Numbered from the stretch's first letter, positions 1 to 10,095 are shown. The stretch is 64,000 bases of DNA from Candidatus Bathyarchaeota archaeon (GCA_963733095.1 CAVTBV010000014.1:1-64000), one strand, 5' to 3'. Notes: generated from the sequence alone by a model not told the origin. Translations and numbers: made by a program.

Positions 1-143
1 TTGTTTTGCAAAACTGCCCTTGATGCCTTCAATAAAGATGAAATCTCAGACTCATGCCTTCGTGATTCGTTGAGAGATGTAGCTAATTCCGGTTCTATTT
101 TCTTGGGTCCGTTAAGTCTAGCTCGCGCTCGCTTTTTAGACAT
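1..143 (-). CDS. 5' part of a CDS running off the left edge, possibly a GAF/sensor kinase
   Basis: Minus frame from ATG at 143 reads MSKKRARARLNGPKKIEPELATSLNESRRHESEISSLLKASRAVLQN and is open to the edge. The + strand ORF 1..252 is probably its shadow. Confidence 0.45.
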   Translation of the reverse strand, partial: MSKKRARARLNGPKKIEPELATSLNESRRHESEISSLLKASRAVLQN

Positions 144-316
144 AGGTCTGATCTCTTGTGCTGTGGTTATCCTTAGTGTCCGAAATAATAAAAGCTTGGG
201 GAAAATCAATGCCTCTGGTCCATCTGTATCTTATGACGCAAATTGCTCTTAAAACATCTAATGGCCTTGTCAACTGAAGGCCTTCCAAATTCTGGGTCCT
301 ATAATATGAAGCGGGT

Positions 317-344
317 CTTCCGTCTAAAATTTAATCATCAGAAC
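317..344. repeat. dif-like motif, copy 1
   Basis: CTTCCGTCTAA-AATTTA-ATCATCAGAAC; the right arm is identical to those at 1093 and 1745. Confidence 0.55.
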
Positions 345-456
345 TTATAAAATAGAATAATTATTTTTGGATCTGACTTATCCTATGGTGCACAATCTGT
401 GGAATGCCTTCGAAAACTTTTAAGCTTGCTGTTTCAGTTCTTTGTGTGGGATATTC

Positions 457-993
457 ATGGATTTTATGGATGTTATATCGGCAAGGAAAAGTATTCGACG
501 TTACGTGGATAAGCCGGTTGAGGAAGAAAAGCTCACGAAAGTTCTCGAGACGGCAAGGTTGGCGCCTTCATGGGCGAATAAACAATGTTGCAGATACATC
601 GTTGTGAAGGATAAAGCCAAAATTCAAGAGTTGGCGGGCGGCTTAAACGGCTGGCTCAAGCAGGCGCCAGTTATAGTAGTTGCATGCGCTGATCCTAAAG
701 ATTCTGGCGACCGAAACGGCATGAACTATTACCTTGTGGATGTGGGCATATCAATGCAGCAGCTGGTTTTAGTGGCCACCAATTTAGAACTTGGGACTTG
801 CTGGATTGGCGCCTTCGATGAAGCAAAAGTCAAAAAAGCTTTGGGGGTTCCGGAAAACATCAAGGTTGTGGCGATGACTCCTTTAGGGTACCCTGCAGAA
901 AAAGAGGGCATCGGCAGCAAACTCATAAAGACCGCAATCGGAAGCGGCAAAAGAAAACCTCTCAAAGAAATCGTTCATTACGAAAAATGGTGA
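457..993 (+). CDS. nitroreductase family protein
   Basis: RKSIRRY, ARLAPSWANKQ and LGTCWIGAFD motifs; ATG at 457 is the likely start. Confidence 0.92.
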   Translation: MDFMDVISARKSIRRYVDKPVEEEKLTKVLETARLAPSWANKQCCRYIVVKDKAKIQELAGGLNGWLKQAPVIVVACADPKDSGDRNGMNYYLVDVGISMQQLVLVATNLELGTCWIGAFDEAKVKKALGVPENIKVVAMTPLGYPAEKEGIGSKLIKTAIGSGKRKPLKEIVHYEKW

Positions 994-1058
994 AGCTAGC
1001 GGGTGCCCGAACAATGTTCGTTGTGTCTGGGGCGACTAAGACCTTCCAGAAGTTGGGT

Positions 1059-1103
1059 GGTATAGAGTGAGAAAGCCTTGCCGGAAAATAACATCATCAG
1101 AAC
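1059..1103. repeat. dif-like motif, copy 2
   Basis: GGTATAG-N15-CCGGAAAA-TAAC-ATCATCAGAAC. Confidence 0.55.
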
Positions 1104-1202
1104 ACATAAAAAACAAAATTTTATTTCAGGGTTGATTCTTTCTATTCGCCCCAATCGGCGACAGACTTCTGCCCAATCAGTGTACTTTGTTCGCCAATTG
1201 CT

Positions 1203-1541
1203 TTATTTTACTCTATAATCGGTAGAGATTGAGTTGTAAGGATTCTGGTTCTCTCTTCGCTCAGCAGTGTCTTTCATTTCCTCAACGATTTGGTCAATAC
1301 TTGCCCCGGAAGATAAGATTCCCAAAACGATTGACCGTGATAATAGCTCAAGTTTTTCATTATCTGCGTTGACCTTGATCTCAAGAATTGTCATCTCTTT
1401 ATCAGTCACATAAAGCTCTACAACACCGTCTTTAGGGCGTTCTTCGGGAATTCCTCGCACAAGTATTGCGTAATAATCCCGTTTTCCCCTTGCAAAGAGG
1501 CTTCCGTCTGAGTCAACGGTTGTCCAATTTAATGTTGCCAA
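1203..1541 (-). CDS. hypothetical protein
   Basis: 112-aa ORF with a GGGAGAG SD-like element upstream; no motif recognised. Confidence 0.6.
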   Translation of the reverse strand: MATLNWTTVDSDGSLFARGKRDYYAILVRGIPEERPKDGVVELYVTDKEMTILEIKVNADNEKLELLSRSIVLGILSSGASIDQIVEEMKDTAERRENQNPYNSISTDYRVK

Positions 1542-1706
1542 TTGCTTTCTCTCCCTTGACTTTGAGTGTTGAAGTCTTTGCGCTTCCTGCCCTCAACTTA
1601 TCTGCTTATTTGTAGTATAGGTGCTTTGTTCTTTTAAAGTTAAACAGACCGACTTATCAAAATCAGAATCTGCACTATACACGCGCACGAGGCCCCTACT
1701 CTGAGG

Positions 1707-1755
1707 GGTATAGTGGAAGGAGAATGTTATCCGCAAAATAGTTTATCATCAGAAC
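1707..1755. repeat. dif-like motif, copy 3
   Basis: GGTATAG-N17-CCGCAAAA-TAGTTT-ATCATCAGAAC. Confidence 0.55.
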
Positions 1756-1848
1756 ATTTGAAAATCAAATAAATAAATTCAAACTTATCAACTCTGTAAC
1801 CTCCGTTCGACAGGCCTTGGCTCCTTCATTGCATGCATGGTACAATCG

Positions 1849-2061
1849 TCATGGCTTATAGATAACGCAAACTCCCATGTCCTTTCTTAGACGCCACATT
1901 AAGCCTCGTTGAGCAATGAAATTCTGCAAGTCGGGGCTACAATCAACCTTCATAACAAGTTCAAATTTGCCCTTGTTTTCTCTGACGTAAACGGCTGACG
2001 GCTGCGCAAGCTCCAGAGTTATAATCTCCTTTACCAGTGCTACTGCTTGATGCCTTTCCAA
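1849..2061 (-). CDS. small hypothetical protein
   Basis: 70-aa ORF with protein-like composition and an upstream TATA-like element. Confidence 0.6.
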   Translation of the reverse strand: MERHQAVALVKEIITLELAQPSAVYVRENKGKFELVMKVDCSPDLQNFIAQRGLMWRLRKDMGVCVIYKP

Positions 2062-2384
2062 GTGTAAGCCCCAAACTTCTTATCGGTTGATTTTGTATAT
2101 AACGGTTTAGCGAATTTCAATGTATGATGTATCGATTTTAACCCGAAATTTTTCCGGGAAATTTTCGGATGCGCCTATACAAACGAGCCAAGCGGTTCCA
2201 CGCATTTAACATTTCTGCCTAAGTGGATTTTCAATGAACGGATTTTAGATCTTTTTGACAGTGGCTGCTCGATTATCGGGGGTGTCGGTCATTTGCCATT
2301 CTAAGGTGTCAAGATCGTTCTTAAGCCTTCAAGCTCCCCATTCCGTTGGGCAAGGCGATAAAACATTGATGGTTAGATCGAACA

Positions 2385-2735
2385 TTATTTTTGAGGTTGA
2401 AACAACGGTCGCGGGTCGAACAACACTCTGATTGAGCTTATTTTACCATTTTGCATTTGATACAATCCGCATGCGAACACAACCACCTGTCGCGCGCTGA
2501 AGTTTATATCGTAGATAATGCAAACGTCGTTTCTTTCAGAAAACACCTTTTTGGCATCATATTTTAAGCGGAGAGGCTCAAGTCCTTTGAAATAAGCATC
2601 AGCGCCCTCAAGGGGCGATCCATCAGGCGCGTAGAAAGACACATTATCCGTTACGTAACTTCTGGCGTTTATGTAGTCTTGCTATTGTATCGCCTTCAAA
2701 AATAATAAAACGATTTCTTTTGTGTTTGAATTCAT
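2385..2735 (-). pseudogene. SnoaL/NTF2-like protein with an in-frame TAG
   Basis: MNSNTKEIVLLFLKAIQ*QDYINARSYVTDNVSFYAPDG...GKISSIRVLFDPRP; one amber stop near 2682-2684. Confidence 0.75.
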
Positions 2736-2988
2736 AAAAATCATGTATTTGTGAATAATTTTGAAATATATGACTTCTTCTTCCGAGTTTTTGGACACAA
2801 AAATTAATTAGGTTAACTTTCGAACGACGGAAACGCGTTCTCCGTTTACAACTTCTATTCGCCCTTCAAGCGTGTCGCCTGTTGCAAGGTTCAAGAATTC
2901 ATCTATTCCTTCCTGTATTGTTTTCCTCAACGACTTTGATTTCGGCGCTAACAAATTTCCGAAAACGCAAATAAACCTCGACTCAAAA

Positions 2989-3026
2989 CGGGCGGGGATA
3001 GCTATGGACTCTCGTTTGAACCCTCG
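2989..3026 (-). repeat. degenerate copy of the tRNA-Arg 3' end (att relic)
   Basis: CGGGCGGGGA-[16 nt]-TTTGAACCCTCG versus CGGGCGGGGA-GGGA-TTTGAACCCTCG at 4958-4983. Confidence 0.6.
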
Positions 3027-3159
3027 GGTATGGGGTGGGTCGTACCGGACTTACCCCCGAATCATCCGATTTATATAGAATTTGCAATTATTCGAGGCGA
3101 TTGCTGCTTTGTGCAAAAGCTTTTGTATCACATGCTTTGAATAATGGATTGGGGTAAAT

Positions 3160-4014
3160 ATGCCGAAATTTCAAGTATACAAAGATACTGCAGGCAAACA
3201 CCGTTTTCGCCTCCGAGCAGACAACAATAAAATCGTAGCTGTAGGAGAAGCATACGAACAATACGCAGGCTGCATAAACGGCATCAAGAGCATACAGAAA
3301 AATTCCAAAGCGCCAGTTGAAGATATCACAGTTGAAGGGCAACGATTTTCAAACCCAAAATTCCAGGTTTACAAAGACAATGCTGGAAAGTTTAGGTTCC
3401 ATCTATACGCAAGAAACGGCGAGATCATTGCCGATAGTAGCGAAGGATATGAGACCAAAGATGCTTGCTTTAATGGCATTGATGTAGTAGGGCAAAGTGG
3501 CGATGCTGAAATCAAGGACCTGACTGAATCCGAAGAATCAACTGCAGAAAAGACCCAAGATGCTTCACCGACAATTTCTGCAGAAACGAAGACACCCCAA
3601 AGTATTGAGATGTCTAAACCTGAAGTGATCAAAATGGATAAAGAAGACGAAATATTAGCAGAGTTAAAAAAAATTAGTGCAGCTTTAGAAAAAGCTCCGC
3701 CACCAACACCGCCAAAAGGCTTTGTGAACGAGTTCAAGGATTTTTTGTCAAAGTACAAGATATTTGGCTTAGCTGTTGCTTTCATCTTAGCTTTGTATGC
3801 TGGCATTTTAATTCAGGCACTTGTTAAAGACTTCATCATTCCTCTCTTAGGCTTAGCAATCCCGGGAATGGCAAACCTAGCCACGTATGCAGTTGGCGTT
3901 ATGAGTCAGTCATTTGGCGTAGGAGACTTTCTAGTAGCACTAATAACTTTCATTATAGTGGCATTAATAGTGTTCGTTATAGTGAAAGTAGCCAAGAAAT
4001 GGCACATAGAATAA
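3160..4014 (+). CDS. tandem YegP/DUF1508 domains fused to a MscL-family channel, copy 1
   Basis: Two KFQVYKD.AGK.RF.L.A.NGEII...EGY repeats, an acidic linker, then EFKDFLSKYKIFGLAVAFIL...LVKDFIIPLL...VGDFLVALITFIIVA (MscL TM1/TM2). Confidence 0.88.
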   Translation: MPKFQVYKDTAGKHRFRLRADNNKIVAVGEAYEQYAGCINGIKSIQKNSKAPVEDITVEGQRFSNPKFQVYKDNAGKFRFHLYARNGEIIADSSEGYETKDACFNGIDVVGQSGDAEIKDLTESEESTAEKTQDASPTISAETKTPQSIEMSKPEVIKMDKEDEILAELKKISAALEKAPPPTPPKGFVNEFKDFLSKYKIFGLAVAFILALYAGILIQALVKDFIIPLLGLAIPGMANLATYAVGVMSQSFGVGDFLVALITFIIVALIVFVIVKVAKKWHIE

Positions 4015-4431
4015 ATCCCTTCTTTTCTTCCTTATTTTTTTATTCTAAGATGTAAGTCAAGAATCTAGCATTAGAAGTTGGTGCTCAAATTATTTATTGA
4101 CCTAGCACCTAATAGTTTATGATAGGCTAAGAGAATAGCAAAGTTTTCCATTAGACAAAAGGCAAGGAAATATCCTTTTAGATTCAAGAAATTTTATCTC
4201 ACTAAAAGAAACAGCGCCTAAGCAACCATAGAAACATATCATAGTCCTAGGCAATACTCTTTTTTATAGAGTGCATTGTTTGTGTCACAAGGGATGAATT
4301 GACTATTTAGTGCATATCCGACGGATAGAGCACATATTTAGCTGATTCAAGTTAGTGCTTGTAACAAAACTTAAATTAGCAATAATGTTAAACCAATTGA
4401 TACTTTTAGCTTTTTTTAGGAGGTGATTTCT

Positions 4432-4533
4432 TTGAAATGTGGTCTTTGCAAAGGTGAAGTTAAGGAGCAATCCAAAATAACAGATGATGGAAAATGTTCA
4501 AACTGTGGTGCCAAACTGGCAGTTGCCAAATAA
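4432..4533 (+). CDS. 33-aa CxxC/CxxC zinc-finger microprotein
   Basis: MKCGLCKGEVKEQSKITDDGKCSNCGAKLAVAK; strong AGGAGGTGA SD and a T-rich terminator; not in the ORF track. Confidence 0.7.
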   Translation: MKCGLCKGEVKEQSKITDDGKCSNCGAKLAVAK

Positions 4534-4662
4534 ATTCTAAAGTGCCAACGTTATTATTCCCTTTTTTATTTAATTTTTTCTTCACGCTCCAATTTTGTTC
4601 TTTAATGGTCATTAAATAGGTCTTTTAGTACTCTGGTCAGCTCCAAACTAGGAATTATCTGT

Positions 4663-5070
4663 ATGAAGATTAAGTGTGTACAAGCTAAGTGTGAGATATG
4701 TGGTAAGTTAGCTTCAATTCAAGTTTTCTATAATAAGCGTGGCACAGCAAAGTATGCTAGAGCTAGACATTATGTAGGTAGAGAGAATGGTAAACCTAAG
4801 TTTGAATATCACCAACAATCGCTAGAATATATTCAGGTAGAAATCAGTAAGATTCCTAAAGTTAATCCTACTAATACCTTAGAGATTGGTCATGTTGGTC
4901 AAAGAATGGATATTGACCTAGAGAAGCTAGAATTAACCTCTAAACTAGATACTGTGGCGGGCGGGGAGGGATTTGAACCCTCGACCCCCAACTTAGGAGG
5001 CTGGTGCTCTATCCAGACCAAGCACACTGGAAGTCGAGACCCCCACACGTTGCTTGATTATCCGTCCTGA
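4663..5070 (+). CDS. hypothetical protein reading antisense into tRNA-Arg; possible SSV-type int(N) fragment
   Basis: CEICG...RARHY...FEYH N-terminus; the C-terminal VAGGEGFEPSTP is the antisense tRNA. Confidence 0.5.
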   Translation: MKIKCVQAKCEICGKLASIQVFYNKRGTAKYARARHYVGRENGKPKFEYHQQSLEYIQVEISKIPKVNPTNTLEIGHVGQRMDIDLEKLELTSKLDTVAGGEGFEPSTPNLGGWCSIQTKHTGSRDPHTLLDYPS

Positions 5071-5081
5071 GCTACCCGCCC
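4955..5081 (-). tRNA. tRNA-Arg(CCT) with a D-loop intron and encoded CCA
   Basis: Acceptor GGGCGGG/CCCGCCC, anticodon arm CCAGC-CTCCTAA-GTTGG, T-loop GTTCAAAT, ~50-nt D-loop insert with a bulge-helix-bulge (CGGA/TCTG). Confidence 0.93.
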
Positions 5082-5559
5082 ACAAACAACAGCAACAAAC
5101 AAGAGACTTACCTATAGAAACCTTACTGAAAATCCAGAAAGTTTCAGACGCACTGGAACGCTTAGGCAAAGTCTGAAACACCAGAGACGGATTCGAAAAG
5201 CACATCAAAACCTTAGCAAACCACGAAGTTGACGACGGCAAAGGAAAAGGCAAGCTTGAATTTGCCCAGGTAGCAAAAGTAATTCTTTCGGGAGCAGCAG
5301 CGGCGATGGATGCAGAAACTGGCAGAAAATAGCTATGATACTCAAAAAATACCCCAAGTATTATGCCGCCCTGAAAATGGTAGTTCAAGAAATGATAAAC
5401 CAACTTAGTCAGTTAATTATTGATTGAGAACAAGCACTTCTTTTGTAAAGAAGGTGCCAAGGAATGAATTACTCTAAGTCTGCACAGGAGTAATCAGAAA
5501 GCACTGTTTTTGGTACCCCAACCCCAAAAATCGCTTTAATCTACCAAAGAGTTATTTCA

Positions 5560-5940
5560 CTAAGAAAGAGGTTCTGTCTTAAGGATATCTTTTTCCTCAA
5601 TAAATTGAAAAGTCACTGGGTCTTTGCAGGCAATTTCACCCACCACTTGAGAAGGCATTTTTTCCGTTTCCAAGATTTCAATTAGCATACCCCATGCTGT
5701 GGCATGAGCATCATAATAAATTGATAAAGTATAACTGCTTTCAACGCCTGTTTCAAGCCAATATTTTACTTCATTCATTTTTCGATTACTCAACCTTATG
5801 GTAAAGTCGATAGCTTCTTGAAGTTCAAGTGCCATTCCCTTCAAGTTTTTGATAATCGCTTCCCTGTCATTGTCAGACGAAACACCTTTTCGCCAAACCA
5901 CTTGACATTTTTCAATCGGAAATTGTCCCATACTAATCAC
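5560..5940 (-). CDS. hypothetical protein
   Basis: 126-aa ORF, no motif recognised. Confidence 0.5.
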   Translation of the reverse strand: MISMGQFPIEKCQVVWRKGVSSDNDREAIIKNLKGMALELQEAIDFTIRLSNRKMNEVKYWLETGVESSYTLSIYYDAHATAWGMLIEILETEKMPSQVVGEIACKDPVTFQFIEEKDILKTEPLS

Positions 5941-6168
5941 ATATTTTCTGTTTTCTTATGAATTTAAACATCATGCTGACTTAAGCAAGAGGCACGCCTT
6001 TAGAATGACCTATGGTGACTAACTATGAATTAAGAACCAAACCTTCTAGCATAAATTCAACCGTCAAGCAAAAACACCTCAGGTAGCGAGTGCACCTCCC
6101 TATAGGGCATCCTCCCCGCAAGCAAGGCCTCTGTTTTTACAGTCCAACACTATAAAGAAAAGACTTGA

Positions 6169-7431
6169 TTAAAGAGGATAAGTTGGTATGTAATCAGGAG
6201 CTATTGTATCCTCATTCTCCGTTAATTCTTCTTCAGGCTGGTTTTCAAATGACCTTCTCAATAATAAAGGTGCAATAAAAGTAGTCACCATAATCATGCC
6301 TAATATTGCAGCATAGACACTTTGCGTGATAGCGCCAGCCGAAATAGCTATCCCCGCAACTATAAGACCCACCTCACCACGAGAAATCATACCATAACCA
6401 ACGCGTTTTCCCTTGGTTTGACTTTTTAGGAAATAAGCAGCTGGTAATCCACATCCAATTATTTTGCTGATTACAGCTATTGCTATCAACGATATGACAA
6501 AGGCATAGAAGAACAAGTCCGTGGTGAAAAACGCCCTTACATCGAAGGCTGCACCTGCTAAACCAAAGAAAACGGGGGAGAAAATTATGCTTATTTTCTT
6601 AGTGTACTCGCGAATTTTGTCAACAGTTTTAGAGCTCGCAATTGCCATCCCAGCAGCAAAAGCACCGACAATAGGTGATAATCCGAAGACTGCTGCTAGA
6701 GCTGAAGCACCAAAACATGAAGCCGTTGCCGCAGCCTCAAGAGTTTCTTCTGACCCCTTGGAGGTGAAATTGATTATTCGTGGAAGAATTATGGCGGCAA
6801 ATACTGTTATAGCAAGCCATACCCCCAGAGATGTTAGAATTACCGTTACTATATTTAGTGGGCTCATGGGAGTTGAAGTTGTTATAAATGAAACTATGAC
6901 TCCCAAAATTGCCAGCCCCAAAACGTCATCAACCACGGCAGCACTAATCATCATTTTTGACTCTACCTTTCTGGACTGCTTAAGCTCCTGAAGAACAAGT
7001 GCGGTAATCGAAATGCTCGTTGCTGTGAGCGCTGCCCCAATAACCAAACAAGCTATAATATTTAATCCAAAGACTATTGCAATTCCATAACCCATGATGA
7101 ACGGAACAACCACCCCAACGCTTCCAACAACAAAACTGCCTAACCCAATCCTTCTAAAGTCTCTAAAAGTCATTTCTAAACCAGCGACGAATAAGATGAG
7201 TATGCCGCCTATATCTCCAAACGCTCGCACAATTGCATCAATTTGGATTACGGGCGAACCATTTACTATAATCAATGAACCCAAAGCATATGGACCTAAA
7301 ATGATGCCTGCCAGTAACTCACCCAAAACAGATGGAATTTTTCTCCATGAAAAAATTTCACCCAAAACCTTTGCTGAGAAAACTAAGATACAGATTGTTA
7401 CAATAGCTCTCAGCACTGGGTCTAAAGCCAA
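6169..7431 (-). CDS. CPA2/NapA-type cation:proton antiporter
   Basis: Many TMs with GELLAGIILGP, LFVAGLE, TATSISIT, AAVVDDVLG, GAFAAG and GMISRGEVGL. Confidence 0.93.
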   Translation of the reverse strand: MALDPVLRAIVTICILVFSAKVLGEIFSWRKIPSVLGELLAGIILGPYALGSLIIVNGSPVIQIDAIVRAFGDIGGILILFVAGLEMTFRDFRRIGLGSFVVGSVGVVVPFIMGYGIAIVFGLNIIACLVIGAALTATSISITALVLQELKQSRKVESKMMISAAVVDDVLGLAILGVIVSFITTSTPMSPLNIVTVILTSLGVWLAITVFAAIILPRIINFTSKGSEETLEAAATASCFGASALAAVFGLSPIVGAFAAGMAIASSKTVDKIREYTKKISIIFSPVFFGLAGAAFDVRAFFTTDLFFYAFVISLIAIAVISKIIGCGLPAAYFLKSQTKGKRVGYGMISRGEVGLIVAGIAISAGAITQSVYAAILGMIMVTTFIAPLLLRRSFENQPEEELTENEDTIAPDYIPTYPL

Positions 7432-7729
7432 AGCCTATCCTCCTCATCGTGAAATTATCTTACAATCATTCTAATTAATTATATTAATTAGCGCTATCAC
7501 CATTTTTCTACTTAAAATATGGTTCTTGGATTTGTAACAAAAAAGCCGTAAATCATCTTTAATTGTGTAGAACAGTTTTGTTGCTCTGCGTGCAATTGAA
7601 AAATTATGTATAACAAAAGCCGCAACTGCTCTGTATGTAAGCTGGAAGTAAGGTAAAGAGCGCCCTCGCACCTAAGAACTCTGTTTTTGAACAACAAAAC
7701 AGTATTGCAAGAGGGTAAAAGGAAAGGTA

Positions 7730-8254
7730 TTATCGAAGCTTTCTGATTGCTATAACGATTCCAGCTAAAACAGCTAAAACAGCTAGGTAGAAAATAAGCC
7801 CCAAAAATGCGCTATTCACAGCACTAAAAAGCAAACTTGAAGCTGCAAGGTCAAGAATCGTTCCCGCCGATAGGAATGCAGTTTCAAAGTTACTCAGACC
7901 GCGATATTCTACGTAACCAAATATTACCAACAACGCGGTCCATGTTATGAATATGCCATGAGCACCTCCTATGAAAAGGGGGTAGGAAATAGCTCTATTG
8001 AGTATCGAGATGGCAATTAGGAAGGGGGCTCCTATTTTGTTTCTTCTAATAATCCAGATAAATGAAATAATATTAAGAACTGCGAAGATTGCAGCGTTAA
8101 CAATGGCTATTCTGTAATCAACGGCTAAGCTGAAGCGAGCGTAGGGTTCACCCCCTACTGGACGGTTTGTTGTCCAAAGAACTATCGATGCAATTTCGCC
8201 AATAATTGTTATTGCAGTTAGAACCAACAAGATATTGTGCTTTAACTCTTGCAT
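7730..8254 (-). CDS. multi-pass membrane protein
   Basis: About 6 hydrophobic segments. Confidence 0.7.
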   Translation of the reverse strand: MQELKHNILLVLTAITIIGEIASIVLWTTNRPVGGEPYARFSLAVDYRIAIVNAAIFAVLNIISFIWIIRRNKIGAPFLIAISILNRAISYPLFIGGAHGIFITWTALLVIFGYVEYRGLSNFETAFLSAGTILDLAASSLLFSAVNSAFLGLIFYLAVLAVLAGIVIAIRKLR

Positions 8255-8488
8255 GACAAAAAAATGGAATGCTAAAATAAAAGAATTGTGCGACTTCTAA
8301 AAACTTGTAACTATACGGCAACACTGAGAATACATGGATTAATATAGGTAAGGAAACAGTGAGGAAAAACAGGAGATTACTAAGTCCCACGGCTTGAGCT
8401 ATGCCAGAGGTTCGAGGATAACCTAACTAACTATCTACAGAGTATTTTTCCAAATAGTGGGTGGTTGCTACAATAAATGATTGGTAGT

Positions 8489-8812
8489 CTAGTGTTTTTG
8501 GAGGGGAAGAGGCTTTGGCTTTGGAGCTAAAACCTCAAATGCTATATGTTGAGCCCACTTTTTGAGTTCTTTTTCTTTTTTGGCCATAAATCTCAGTTTG
8601 CATGGCATGCAGTAGAGGGGTATTTCGGTTGTTTGATTTAGCACTATCCCGCCGGCTAAACAAAGAATGTTTTGGTGTTTTTGACATTTTGGGCAAATCA
8701 ATATTGCTCGTTCCTGCTTGGTTTTTTCAGAACGATCGCCTTTGTTAGGTAGGCAATGTTCTGTTGGCTGGGTTCGTTTCCGGAAAAAATATGGAAACCA
8801 ACTATATCGCAA
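8489..8812 (-). CDS. hypothetical CxxC protein
   Basis: CPKC...CMPC; start uncertain. Confidence 0.4.
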   Translation of the reverse strand: MRYSWFPYFFRKRTQPTEHCLPNKGDRSEKTKQERAILICPKCQKHQNILCLAGGIVLNQTTEIPLYCMPCKLRFMAKKEKELKKWAQHIAFEVLAPKPKPLPLQKH

Positions 8813-8946
8813 ATATTAATATTTGTTTAAAAGTGTTGTGTATTTCAGCTTCAAGTCCACAATTGTTCAACAAAAATCCCAGCCACCCCAGAAAATCCGG
8901 CTAAAGATAATTTTGAAACATAGAAAGATAACGTCAACTTGCTGAG

Positions 8947-9156
8947 CTATAAATCGCTGGCCATCCGTAGCACCTGAGCGATTAAATCGTCACGTACACG
9001 GTCAGCCTCAGCCCTGGCTTCCCTTCGAGTCATCCCCTTCCTCATGTGCTCTTTAGCGTGAGCTTCAATAGCTTCCCCCATAGCCTCAACGCTGGGAACT
9101 AACAGAATTTCAGCTCCGCAATAACATTTAATCACGGGAAGTTCCAAGTTAAACAA
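8947..9156 (-). CDS. small hypothetical protein with CxC...H..H
   Basis: IKCYCGAEILLVP...IEAHAKEH; overlaps the end of the upstream gene (coupled). Confidence 0.7.
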   Translation of the reverse strand: MFNLELPVIKCYCGAEILLVPSVEAMGEAIEAHAKEHMRKGMTRREARAEADRVRDDLIAQVLRMASDL

Positions 9157-9502
9157 TCCTCATAACCTCGTTCTCTTGTGCTTTCTCTGCAGAGATGATT
9201 GGAAAGTGGTTTATGCTGAAGTTTTTGTCGATTGCTACTTTCAAATTAGAGAGTTCGCTTTTGTTTACGTTTATATTACATGAGCCGTCCAGGTTAAAAT
9301 CTAAAATCGTAAAATCTTGTTCCGAATCAAGCCTAAGCGAACTGTGAATCGGCTTAGGCCCCGTTAATGAAAATATTTCGGCGGTAAAATCGCTGTTTTG
9401 CTTGGCGAACTCTTTTAGCCTGTGTTTTTTTGGCACATATATCTCTATTTTTGCCGAAGCAAACCTGCAATTCAAGCATACATCGCTTTCCATGCTAACC
9501 AA
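9149..9502 (-). CDS. hypothetical protein
   Basis: 117-aa ORF overlapping the start of the next gene. Confidence 0.55.
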   Translation of the reverse strand: MVSMESDVCLNCRFASAKIEIYVPKKHRLKEFAKQNSDFTAEIFSLTGPKPIHSSLRLDSEQDFTILDFNLDGSCNINVNKSELSNLKVAIDKNFSINHFPIISAEKAQENEVMRIV

Positions 9503-9648
9503 CTTTGTCCCAAATGAGTGTTTATTCCAAGATAATGCTTTTTAAGAATTGGACTTCGCTTAGTTTGTTAATCAGAGTTTGCGGTTTTGTCAATATGAAC
9601 GGGCAAGCTTGTCAAGTTTGCTTCCTATGGAGGTATTTGCCTGTTTTC

Positions 9649-10032
9649 TTATTTTTTTTTGGTGGTTGGGCAGTGTTCAAAACCTAAAACAGCTGCTTGC
9701 TTCAGAATCCTGGTCAACTCGGGTTTTAATCTAACAAAGTTTCCAATTGACATGTGACGTACGTTCTCGTTTTTTTCTGCCACTCCCCGTCTCTTAAGCA
9801 AACCCGAGTCAAGACTTGCTCCCATCGCAAAATCCAAATCCACATGGTCTTGAAAATGGCTTATCCAGACAAAGTCTTTGTTCTCGAGTTTAAAGGTGAT
9901 TTTTCCATTCCTAACCATCTCGGTCGTTTCTGGAACGGCGATTTTGATTAGCTCACGGAGGTTTTGGATGGTTTCTTTTTGGGTTGGATTGAGGCTGCCT
10001 AAAATTTCATCTATAGTTCTTTGATTTACCAT
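9649..10032 (-). CDS. DUF1801/YdhG-like protein
   Basis: IDEILGSL...LRELIKIAVPETTE...HVDLDFAMGASL...VRHM. Confidence 0.75.
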   Translation of the reverse strand: MVNQRTIDEILGSLNPTQKETIQNLRELIKIAVPETTEMVRNGKITFKLENKDFVWISHFQDHVDLDFAMGASLDSGLLKRRGVAEKNENVRHMSIGNFVRLKPELTRILKQAAVLGFEHCPTTKKK

Positions 10033-10095
10033 AAATAAAACCACTAATAGAAGTTAGCTCTGGTGATTTTTATTGCTTGCGGGAGGAAGGACAGT

